Source: Owenia fusiformis (Eukaryota). From it: a stretch of DNA of 64,000 bases. The translations under genes were made by a program, and so were the position numbers. Each line of letters opens with the position of its first letter. Position 1 is the first letter of the stretch. The notes beneath the pieces were generated by a model. That model was not told where the DNA came from. It worked only from the letters and a program-made list of their open reading frames with translations, and did not search any database. The stretch spans positions 36,208,001-36,272,000 of the forward strand of contig CAIIXF020000001.1 of NCBI GenBank assembly GCA_903813345.2, read 5' to 3'. Shown here in pieces: positions 14,101 through 24,099 of the stretch.

Positions 14101-15998
14101 CCCTATTTTACTGCTGGTCATACAGCCGCCACTTTTAATTTATCAGGTGATCAATATGAAAACTTGCTGGACCAGTTCATCTGAGAGAGTTACTACTCCA
14201 AATTAGATTGAGCTCAGAGCTGGTCATACACATATACTAACAGTGAAAAGTTAGTAAATATATTTCATTTTTCTGAAATTTAAATCCTGGTGAGATCCCT
14301 GCAACAGTCAAATTGACCACAAGATTCTGGATCCAGCCAGTCTGTTATGTGAATCTGCCAGTCACTCATGATCTTTGGATTGACGCTGAGCTCAAACCTT
14401 GTATATGGTTACGGTACACCTATTCACTAAAGTAAAGTGATCTCCCAAGAAATGAAACTAACAGAGGAATGAGATACAGATGATTCAGATATGAAATAAA
14501 TGAAAGATGAAATATCAAATACAAACAGGGACAAAAGGGTATAAACTGTAAAGTCTACACCATTTCAATTTTGATGTATGGGGTACAGTCTGTTAAACTT
14601 CTTCATAATAACCAGTTGAACCTAAAAAATGAGAAATCTAAAGAATATTATGGAACCATACAATAAAACATGCCCAATATTGGATTGTCTCAAAGGCCTT
14701 CAGATTGGCAGGGGTTCAGATTTCGATTCAAGATCAAACATGGGGGAAAACGGAAAATGAAATTTCTAGCAAGTATGTGTTATAGTTACCTATTTCTCAT
14801 GTCAACATTACCCCACACCTGGCACACATTGATATAACACCCCTTTGCCCTACTTCAGTGCCAAAAATGTATTTTGAACATTTTCTAATACAAAAGCTTA
14901 ATTCCGCTACATGGTAAATCCACGTTTTCTACAAGATGTAAATTGACACGAAGAATGCACTCAGATTGATCTTTGACAGTACAGTTTGGAACATAAATAA
15001 ATGACAGGTGGATTTGCTGAAGTGAGGATTTCCCCATGTTAAAAATAAGAGAATTTTCAAGAGGCCATACATCAGTGGATGGGATTATAAAATATACAAA
15101 TTTTAAGGGATATGTATCTAGACAATATTGGAAATTATGGGCTTTCAGACAACCATGGTTAGGAAATGCTGATAGAAAATCCATGTGTCATTTATTTTTG
15201 TTGCCAACTATATATTTCTTCGTATGTAATCCTTGAAATCTAGGAAAAACAGCAACACGAGAATATAGAGCGATAAAGAAATTCAGCAATACCATAGTAA
15301 CAATGTTTCATCAAACCCTTTCTGTATCTAATGGACATATTCCTATGGTATATACAACATGTGGTCTTGTTATTAAACATACTAAAATTATAATAATTTA
15401 TGCATGACGTCACTCTTTTTCTCAACAATTATGGGATGGATTGTAAAAGAGTAGATATCAGAAGTTTGAGCTCTTCCAACAATATATGTGTAGCACTCAA
15501 TAGAGAAAAACAACTGGTGTATGGTCTCATTGAGTCAATTTTAGCATGGATCGTCAGGAAATCCTCAAACATAACAAAAACAATTTCTACAAATCTAAGA
15601 TGGCGGCGCACATAGAAAATGGTCACGTGATTCATTAATAATTTCCAAAGCTTGTTTTCTCTGTCAATAAACATGGTACATAGGGGAAACTTGCACATTT
15701 GGTAGGGAATAGGTCCAGGTTACCAAACAAATTATTGAAATTGACGCTGACACTCTATGCAACATGTTATTTCAAAATATAATTACGCGCCAATTTCAAT
15801 ATGGCGTCCAATCAAAAAACTGCTTCCGAGAATAAAGAACCCTACCGTTTCCTCTTCTTTCTCCATCCCCGTGGGCATTTGCGGCACAGCTCGATTAATG
15901 GCTGCAAAATCCGGTAGATCGGGAATGTCTTCAGCCTTGAAGATAGGCATTTGCTTGGTGGCATCGAGGGCCCGAGCCCTAAAAGACAGCTTGCTCAT
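2138..15998 (-). CDS. EPC1: Enhancer of polycomb homolog (NuA4/TIP60 HAT complex subunit), 15 coding exons, 716 aa
   Basis: Exons assembled by hand with GT-AG sites and consistent phases: 15998-15846, 13970-13805, 11252-11107, 10484-10389, 9904-9797, 9511-9444, 8906-8826, 8082-7983, 7668-7504, 7195-7109, 5698-5550, 4025-3900, 3359-2974, 2740-2500, 2216-2138 (2151 nt). EPC motifs: MSKLSFRARALD...MPTGMEKEEE, EHHLQRA, PDYDMDSEDE, YDYWLNKR, NPYVAFRRRTEKMQTRKNRKNDEASYEKMLKL, ENDPDG, GFARRRVGRGGR and the C-terminal AMEVT*. Confidence 0.96.
4480..5412 (-). mobile_element. HINE-like (Helentron-associated) non-autonomous element carrying a 162-bp tandem array, in an EPC intron
   Basis: About 4.9 copies of a 162-bp unit (GGACGGAAAATCC starts at 4545, 4707, 4869, 5031, 5193). 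The subterminal motif CAATATCGTACCT occurs at both ends (4501, 5381), with a short hairpin GTACCTttattAGGTAC and a GC-rich CCGT/CCGC micro-repeat near 5350. A degenerate inverted monomer lies near 55030-55200. Confidence 0.65.
5747..6679. mobile_element. Foldback/MITE-type DNA element with 8-bp TSD and 19-bp subterminal repeats
   Basis: Termini GGTTTCCGGACAACTC...GAGTTGTCCAGTTACC. Direct repeat TGCCTATC at 5739-5746 and 6680-6687. Tandem GACAACTCGGACCCAA units near the left end are mirrored near the right end. MULE/Phantom-like affinity is inference only. Confidence 0.85.
7035..7122. repeat. 44-bp tandem duplication spanning the EPC exon 10 donor site
   Basis: ATGAAAGGTGATTCCAGACATGTTACTTACAGCAAGGTAGTTAC occurs at 7035-7078 and again at 7079-7122. 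Confidence 0.9.
10755..11090. mobile_element. Tc1/mariner-type MITE
   Basis: TIR CTGTAGATACACTTA...TAAGTGTATCTACAG flanked by TA on both sides. Confidence 0.75.
13440..13748. repeat. GC-rich dispersed repeat/MITE with GGGCCC-rich units
   Basis: Related copies near 16590-16850, 17640-17825 (inverted) and, more distantly, 37898-38097. Confidence 0.6.
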
Positions 15999-16974
15999 CG
16001 TGCTGACCCCGATTTATGCTAATGAGCTGGGGTAAAATTCGTTCACCGTTTACTCCCTCCTAAGTCACTCTCTTGAGGAAATAGACGCACTGTATGATAG
16101 CTTAGTATCACTTTTCTCGATTTAACCATCCATTTTGATCTGTTTTGTTCTATATATCTTACAGTATGAGTGCAAAATATGTACGTTTATGACGTTTTAG
16201 TCCATCCATCATGGCGGACTTACAAAGCCCCATTCCCAGAGTGCATTTCGGGAAGATGTGCGCGCGCAGAGATTTTCATTCATCTTGTGGCGGGTAATAG
16301 TATTTAAAATCTTAGTCTTTTGATATGTTTGTAACATGTAGGTGGATAAGTATATAAACAAAACTATAATCCAGCTCCTATATACATATAAGCTTACAAT
16401 TCAGTTCAAGAGAACCGATGAACATGGGCTGCGATTGCAAACGTTACAACATAATATGATGCTGTAGCATCCATCAGTTTCAGCTCCAAAATACCACCAA
16501 CAGTATTACATCCTAACCAAAGCAGTTTGGCTCAGTCATCTACTCCTGACGTCGTAGATCGTAGAGTTGCATTAACTCCTTGAAGACTGACCGGGCCCGC
16601 CCATTGGGAAATTGGGCCCAAAAAAAAGTTTGGGCCAAAAAAGACCTCAGGTTCCAAAAAAGTGAGCCTTTTTGGTCATTACTGGGCCTTTTAAGGCCTT
16701 ATTTTTTAATTTCAGGCCAAATTTAGAAGAAAATGGGCCTCAGAAATTTCTAAATTTGGGCTCACTTTTGGGATTTAGGGGCCCAAAATCTTTTTCTCTG
16801 ACCCTGAAATTTGCCCCCCCCCCTTATTGGTTCCCAGATTCGCCCCTGATGTCCTATTGTTATTGCATATATAACATCTCACATAGCATGGATATATCTT
16901 GAGATTAACGTTTGGGTATATTATTGCCGAAATATCGGAAATAATCAACAGAACAACCATGGGCTCTACCACTG

Positions 16975-17342
16975 ATAGAGCCCATGGAACAACCTAACTC
17001 CAGAATTGAACACAATCAATTCCTCGGCTATCGAAGGGAATCCCCATTGAGTCACACAAGCGCCCAACAAGCGCCTTGAACCAGGGAGCCAATCAGGTTT
17101 ATGATAAACAAATTCAACGATCAATCAGATAACAGGAGGACTTTCGGCCGGAATATTCAAACTTCAGATTGAATTAATTTCTTCGAAAATAATTAGATCG
17201 GCCAGCACAATCGCAAAATAAACACTGAAAGAGGGGGATTTGGGACTTCTTTGGCAAGTAGATGGGTATATATGTGGTGAAACTCAGTATGCAAAAAAGA
17301 CCAGAAGGGTCTTGATTATGCTATCCTATGGCATAGAGCCTC
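16975..17342 (+). repeat. Dispersed repeat of about 370 bp
   Basis: A clearly homologous second copy lies at about 50230-50585 (GGGAATCCC...ACACAAGCGCCC...GTCTTGATT(A/G)TGCTATCCTATGG). Confidence 0.75.
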
Positions 17343-18185
17343 TTTAACGGGATTTTATCGATCTATAATTCTGTCAATTCAGATTTTTGAATGACACTAC
17401 CTCATTTGCATATTCACATTTTAGTACGGATACTGAGACTTTCTTGTATCCATGACGTGTTGACTTACTTTCTTTTAAGTCCGTGTAATCATGAATAAGT
17501 TTAATTGGTACGGACCTTTTTCAGCTTCACACAATGGGTCTTAATTTTTTGCGGCACCCCCATGATCATGGTTAAGTGTTTAAAGTGTCTCAAAATGGCG
17601 AATAACTATATTGTGAATCGGTCTACATTCCAAGTCGGGAGAAAAAATTTTGGCCCCTTAAAACCAAAAATAGGGACCACATTTTGAAAATGCAAGGTCC
17701 ATTGAAAATTAGGCCTAAAAAGGCCCAAAATGACCAAGTCATGGTCAAAAAGGCCCAATTTTGAGGCCCTACAAAATTTTTCTGGGCCCATCCGGGGGCT
17801 CTGCAGGCCCCTGGATCTGCCAGTGCAAACTATATTACTTAAACCAGATGCAGCAACATCTTTAAGTCTCAATATTGTAACAGTACAATTAATAGGAAAG
17901 TTTGGTTGATTTAAAAAAAGTATCTTGTTAATGAAATAAAAGGTTTACTTTAATTTTTATCTATCACACGGTACTAACTTTAGTTCGACCGTTAATTTGA
18001 ATTTTTGACCAACCAGATGTTTGAAAATCAAGGATTACGAGTCTCATACTGCATTGTTTTTCTTCAAACTTGTTCCATTCAAAGCATAACAAAAATGCCT
18101 TTCTGTTGGTACATTATTCTGCTATACAGAGTCCTTACTTTCAGCGGGATTTGGGTCCCCAGCTGTGAGAAGGGCTTCTCACAAC

Positions 18186-18488
18186 AGTAGTAAAGGGTGC
18201 GTAAAAGAAAACATACAGTCCTCACGTTAGGACTACTTTCCGGCTAGGGTTAGGGTTAGGGCTAGGAGGGTTAGGGTTAGGGTTAGATTCTCGTAAAATT
18301 CCGGAATAAGCCGATTGGTAATGAGTGCCTATATGTAGGTTTGACTGTACCGAAGGTGTACTCACGTTACGAGATGACTGAGAGTGCGCTATCTATGGAA
18401 TCTGCAGTGCCCCCCTCCCCATGTCACGTGAAAAGGATGCATCTATGAGTTTAGCTTTAGTACGTTTTCAAAAAGGAACGAAGGCTGA
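18186..18488 (+). repeat. Left terminal inverted repeat of the Maverick-like element
   Basis: Reverse complement of 25459-25761 with 2 substitutions. Degenerate similarity continues inward to about 18737. Confidence 0.95.
18244..18286 (+). repeat. Telomere-like (TTAGGG)n tract in the left TIR
   Basis: CTAGGGTTAGGGTTAGGGCTAGGAGGGTTAGGGTTAGGGTTAG; mirrored as (CCCTAA)n at 25661-25703. Confidence 0.95.
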
Positions 18489-18999
18489 CGTCATGGGATT
18501 GGCTTATCGTTTTAGGTAAACTCATTAGCCCAGTTTCGTTTTATACCCTAGTAGAGATACTTAGACGATAGACATACCGAAGTAGCTAGTAGTAAACATT
18601 AAGTTTTTGTGAATATAAATTTCACCTCACTCGATGTTAAAAACCTGATATCATCCAATTTTATACCTAAACCCTTAGGTTGATCTACCTTAACAATTGC
18701 CCACGTCGTTGGATGTATTCCTCCTCCTTATCACAAAATCATGACGTTAAGTGCTGTTTTCAACATTAACAAAATATGAGCATCACTCTCCATTCCTAGC
18801 TTAATTCAACCACTTTGCAACAACGCGTTAACTTCATTCATGTGGTAGTTAGGAAATAACCAACAAATGGTAAATATAGAGTGAATATAGCTTTATACCA
18901 TAGAAAGCCTGCTGAATTCTATGACTTACGAACTTGGATTGAGAGTTTATTCCTCGATGGAACAGACTTGATAATTACAGGAGTTATATCAGAAGCATT

Positions 19000-19705
19000 A
19001 TGGATGTTTTTCACTTGAAATCACAATATGTCAATAAGGGCAGGGGAGCCATAGTTCAACCATTAGAGACTGAGCTTCCAAAGATGTTGAAAATAGCTTC
19101 AGGACCATACCGTCAACAAACATTTCTCTTCCAGAAAGGGGGTCGTGTATTTATAAAAACGTATGATGTGCTTGATTTACTGTCTCGGGATGATGGAACA
19201 CTAAGAGTCCCTTTTGAGTCGCAATCATCTGATCCGAGTGCAGGTATGATAACAAGACAGGAATTCGACTATTTCCTAGAAAGCTGTCAAGAGAACGACC
19301 ATATTTTTAAAGACAGCACATCCCCACATCACATCCCCACAGTATGATCACCAGGCGCTTTGAACGAATGGTTTAGACGGGGGTTTAGACCGTTGGCAAC
19401 ACTTGGGTAGAGGATACGAATTTACAATTTCTAGGAATTATAAAAAGTTAGAAATTGTGTCTAATAGGTACAACGAAGAGAAGCAGATTTAGGAACTGAA
19501 TTGGAGTATCTGTTTAACATTTCAACAAATACATGCCTTATTAAATAATATATGGCTGATCATGGAGCCTTTGGTACTGGCTGAGAAAAACTGTCTGGCT
19601 ACATTACACGACGATCATCTAAATCAAATGGGGATGTGGGCATGTAACGTTTGTCAATACATGAACCGCAGGACACTTTTTGATAATGAACTTACTGAAC
19701 AATAA
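19000..19705 (+). pseudogene. Disrupted gene of the Maverick-like element, probably a PC4-like ssDNA-binding protein with a C-terminal Cys/His cluster
   Basis: ORF 19000-19347 joins a downstream frame if one copy of a 13-bp duplication (19317-19329/19330-19342) is removed. That frame has stops at 19361 (TGA) and 19490 (TAG) and reads QHLGRGYEFTISRNYKKLEI...WSICLTFQQIHALLNNIWLI...CLATLHDDHLNQMGMWACNVCQY, ending TAA at 19703-19705. AATAAA follows near 19796. PC4 similarity is by eye. Confidence 0.6.
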
Positions 19706-20308
19706 CAACGAACGTTAATCGTTTCTTTTAAAAACATTTTTGATAACCTTTCAAGTAGGACATTTTTGGATCTAGACCACAGTTATGTATATTGGAATAA
19801 ATAAAGTTCTTCAACGTGACTAATTGTTTAAATTATAGACAGCTCGAAGTAGCAATTGATTACGAAATGTAAATGAAACACTACCAAATCTAAACATTTA
19901 TAATTTAATGTAAGTTGTCTACGCTATAAATTAAAGAGCTAAATTGAATTTAATACGAACTAAAATGTTCTAGAACCTAATTAAGTCTTTTCATTCAGTA
20001 GTGTATGATGGAATAACACTTTATATACTGAATGTACATTTATTAGGATATTAAAACGAATTAATATACTCTTACTACGAGTTTCTTTGTATTTAAGGTA
20101 TTTAATAGCGTGGCATATAACGTAGTAGCATAACATCAATATAAAAAATTTCCGGGGTTACTGTATGGGTTCTCTGGGGTTCTGTATGGGTTCTATATGG
20201 GTTCTCCTGGAATTCTGAATGGCTTCTCCTGGGCCGGTCTGTATGGGCTACTTGTGATGTGAGAATGATTAATAAATTGTGGTTTAATCTGGTCTTCTTA
20301 TTTGTCAT

Positions 20309-21605
20309 TATGCTACATGCTATGCTACATGTTATGATACATGCTTTGCTACACATTATGCTATTATGCCACACGCAATGCTACATACTATGCTACATGT
20401 AATGCTACTATGCTACATGTTATGCCACTATGCTACACGCTATGTTACATGTTATGCTACCATGCTATGCTTCCATGCTACATGTTATGCTACTATGCTA
20501 CATGCTGTGCTACATTGTATGCTACTAAGCTACATACTATGCTACATTTATGCTACAATGCTACATGCTATGCTACATGTTATGCTACATGCTATGCTAC
20601 ATGTACATGCTTTGCTACACATTGTGCTATTATGCTACACGCAATGTTACATACTATGCAACATGTTATGCTACATGCTATGCTTTATATAATGCTACTA
20701 TGCTACATGCTATGCTAAATGTTATGCTACTATGCTACATACTATGCTACATGTTATACTCCTATGTTACATGCTATACTACATGTTATGCTACTATGAT
20801 ACATGCTATGCTACACGTTATGCTACTATGCTACATGCTATGCTACTATGCTACATGCTATGTTACATTTTATGCTACCATGCTACATGTTATTCTACAT
20901 GCTATGCTACACGTTATGCTACATGCTTTGCTACACATTATGCTATTATGCTACACGCAATGCTACATACTATGCTACATGCTTTGCTACATGTTATGCT
21001 ACATGTAATGCTACTATGCTACATGTTATGCCACTATGCTACACGCTATGCTACATGTCATACTACCATGCTATGGTTCCATGCTACATGTTATGCTACT
21101 ATGCTACATGCTATGCTACATTGTATGCTACTAAGTTACATGTTATGCTACAGTTATGCTACTATGCTACATGCTACGCTACATGTTATGCTACTATGCT
21201 ACATTTATGCTACCTTGTTACATCCTATGCTACATGTTATGCTACTATGCTATACGTTATGCTGCTATGCTACATGTTATGCTACCATGCAACATGTATG
21301 CTACATGTTAGGCTATGCTATATGTTATGATATCTTGCTACATGCTATGCTACATGTTATGCTACTATGCTTCATACTATGGTACTATGCTACATGTCAT
21401 GCTACTATGCTACATGTTATAATGCTACTATGCTACATGTACATGCTATGGTATATGTTATGCTACCATGCTACATGTTATGCTACATGATATGCTACTA
21501 TGCAACATGATATGCTACTATGCAACATGATATGCTGCATGCTATACTACTATGCTACATGCTATGCTACATGTTTTGCTATAATTCTACATGCTATGCT
21601 ACATG
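20309..21605 (+). repeat. 1.3-kb TATGCTAC / TATGCTACATGY minisatellite inside the Maverick-like element
   Basis: Continuous mixture of 8- and 12-mers built on ATGCTAC. Higher-order blocks (GCTTTGCTACACATT...ACACGCAATG) recur near 20343, 20609 and 20925. Confidence 0.95.
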
Positions 21606-21703
21606 GCTCATGCTAATTATCATAAATAGTAAACATCAGATAGTATTTATAACATATCCTGCATCAGAAACAACAGTGAACCAAATGCGACCGACGAAAC
21701 AAC

Positions 21704-23383
21704 ATGCCTAAAAGTGCCATATGCTCCTGCGAATGTGGACGATCATTTAATCATACGAGTAGTCTGTATCGTCACAAGAGAATAGATCATGCTACGCATA
21801 AACAAATATTTGTGCCCCCTGAAGAACACTATGATGCTGGACCTTATTCTTCAGGAAACTTGGCAGATCATACTTACAAGGGTGATAGGACAAAGATGCT
21901 TCACCATCCCTTCACGATGATGGTGGTAGGTCCAACAGGTTCGGGCAAGTCCACGTATGTCAAAAATCTTATAGAACGTGTCAATGAAAGGATAGCCCCT
22001 CCACCGCAACGTATTATCTGGTGCTTTGGTCAATGGCAGCCAATGTATATCGAGATAAAGACACGCTTTCCAAATATAGAATTCATGATGGGAATTCCAG
22101 AGTTATTGAGTGACCAAGGATTTCTAGATGTCAATGTAAGAAATCTACTCATTTTCGACGATCTGATGGCTGATATGACCAAAGATAAGCGGATCTCTGA
22201 GCTGTACACTAAGGGATCCCACCACAGGAATTTGAGTGTCATCTGTCTCATGCAGAATCTATTTCATCATGGTCGTGAAAGCAGAACTATGAGTCTAAAC
22301 TGTCACTATATAGTGTTGTATAAAAATCCTAGGGATCGCCAACAGGTGGCCGTATTAGCCAATCAGATGTATCCTGGAAAATCAAAGAAATTATTGGACG
22401 CTTACGAAAAGGCTACCCAGCAACCCTACGGGCATCTACTGGTTGATTTGAAGCAAGAAACTCCCGAACATATGAGATTATACGATGTTGCAGCAGCTGA
22501 TAAGGAGCGACCCATAAGCATGTCTTCGGTATTTTATTCACATGGAAAAGAGGACCAATCACAAGTCAGTAACCAAATGCCAATCCCCTGCAGCAGTATG
22601 GATATAAGTAGAGTCGTGAAGCCTAATCAAGAACCATATGATGATATCAACCAGGCAAACTACAGTACTACACCCATCGATGCAAAATTAAACATGGATT
22701 CGAGTATACAATGCCATATGAATCCAACCATGTATCAACCAATGAATCCAGGTATGAGCTACACGTTGAACAACCAACCCAGCAAACCTGCAGTGACAAA
22801 TTCTATTCCTCATTGTACTGATTGCGGTGTAGTGATGCTGTCACCAATCGACGTAAGGGAGCACAGGAGACATTGCCCCGAATTGAGGGAAACTGATGAA
22901 AACGATGGTACAACCGGGGATTTCCATACTGAAGATCTGAGAGAGAATGCAACTTTGAATCGTATTAAAGATAAGGTCATTGATGAGATACAGGATGATG
23001 TGGATGTTCTGATGGAGAAGTATAGAGAAAGAGGAATGTCAAACAAAACAGCTATAGAGAAAGCTAGACAGAAATCTATTTTTGGTGCCAGACAGCGATT
23101 CTTGAAAAACTATGGAGAACTTCTGACAAATATACTGGGACTCCGCCACAGTGAAGTTCATCGTGATGTCATGGAGGAAGTAGAGGCACTATTGGCGAAA
23201 GGCATGACTCAATCCAGAGCAGTCAAGAAAACACTTAACAAATATTCATATTTGGCTGGAGAATTATTCACGGATGATGCATCTACGAGTGAAGAATCAA
23301 GTGATGAACAACAATCGGATGATGGTACAAACACTACTAGTGAAGATGAATCTGATTATGAGGGGGATGCGGACAATGTATAG
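21704..23383 (+). CDS. A32/FtsK-HerA family genome-packaging ATPase (Polinton/adintovirus type) with N-terminal C2H2 finger and long C-terminal extension, 559 aa
   Basis: Intronless ORF. Walker A HPFTMMVVGPTGSGKS (GPTGSGKS at aa 76-83), Walker B LLIFDD (aa 148-153), KGSHHRNLSVICLMQN, SLNCHYIVLYKNPRD, PYGHLLVDL. N-terminal CECGRSFNHTSSLYRHKRIDH, a second CTDCG...HRRHC cluster near aa 370-390, and an acidic tail. AATAAA just after the stop. Confidence 0.9.
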   Translation: MPKSAICSCECGRSFNHTSSLYRHKRIDHATHKQIFVPPEEHYDAGPYSSGNLADHTYKGDRTKMLHHPFTMMVVGPTGSGKSTYVKNLIERVNERIAPPPQRIIWCFGQWQPMYIEIKTRFPNIEFMMGIPELLSDQGFLDVNVRNLLIFDDLMADMTKDKRISELYTKGSHHRNLSVICLMQNLFHHGRESRTMSLNCHYIVLYKNPRDRQQVAVLANQMYPGKSKKLLDAYEKATQQPYGHLLVDLKQETPEHMRLYDVAAADKERPISMSSVFYSHGKEDQSQVSNQMPIPCSSMDISRVVKPNQEPYDDINQANYSTTPIDAKLNMDSSIQCHMNPTMYQPMNPGMSYTLNNQPSKPAVTNSIPHCTDCGVVMLSPIDVREHRRHCPELRETDENDGTTGDFHTEDLRENATLNRIKDKVIDEIQDDVDVLMEKYRERGMSNKTAIEKARQKSIFGARQRFLKNYGELLTNILGLRHSEVHRDVMEEVEALLAKGMTQSRAVKKTLNKYSYLAGELFTDDASTSEESSDEQQSDDGTNTTSEDESDYEGDADNV

Positions 23384-23715
23384 CATTAATAAATCAAATA
23401 ATTGAAAAGAAATATGATGTACGTGAACAAAATAAATAAATCTGTTATATATATATTAGATGTTGTTTTAGAATTTAGAGATCTCATTCTGGAGATTTTA
23501 GACGTCTCATTTAACCAATCAGCAACGATGATATGGCGTGATCTTTGAATTTATCCGTGCCCCCCCCCCCTCTTCAACAATGCTATGTTACTTAGCATTT
23601 ATCGGGATACTGGTTTTATTAAGTCGCCCTCGCGTGATTAAATAACAAAATCAGATAAATATGTGTCTGTCAGTGCTTTATTTCCATGTTAAAAGTTGAT
23701 AGACAATTCAAATTA

Positions 23716-24099
23716 TCAGTCCATATCAATTTTCCTTCCTCTTGCTGGGATACCAGGTGGTCTGTACTGGTCCAATCTGGATTTCTTAATATTTTTCTTC
23801 TTGAACACAGCTTTTGGACCAGCATCTTTACGGGGTTGCCTGAGCTTGAACACTCTTTTAGTTCGTTGGGGATATTTTTCTTCAGCCTCTCTTTTTTGAT
23901 GCTCCATTTGGGATTTAGCTCTATCAACCACCGCTTGCATCGGAGAAACGACCTGAATTGGATCTTTGATGGCACTCATGGGTATATATTTCGCACGATC
24001 TTTTCCGAACCCTACTTGAGTTGTTAGTCGATTCTCTCTAGCTGCCTTGATCAATCTGTGCCACTTTTCAGCGTTGTCTACATATGGAACCAGCTTCAT
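23716..24099 (-). CDS. Small basic protein of the Maverick-like element (127 aa), possible virion core/DNA-binding protein
   Basis: Intact ATG ORF with a Lys/Arg-rich C-terminal half and motifs PYVDNAEKW, QVGFG, VVSPMQAVVDRAKS. CCAAT boxes (about 24189, 24215) and a TATA-like tract lie upstream; AATAAA on the minus strand lies just past the stop. Function is inference. Confidence 0.65.
   Translation of the reverse strand: MKLVPYVDNAEKWHRLIKAARENRLTTQVGFGKDRAKYIPMSAIKDPIQVVSPMQAVVDRAKSQMEHQKREAEEKYPQRTKRVFKLRQPRKDAGPKAVFKKKNIKKSRLDQYRPPGIPARGRKIDMD

Noticed and set aside
20341..21711. Overlapping ORFs of 63-252 aa rich in MLCY/ATCY/MLH
   Set aside because: They are translations of the ATGCTAC minisatellite, open in several frames because the unit rarely contains stops.
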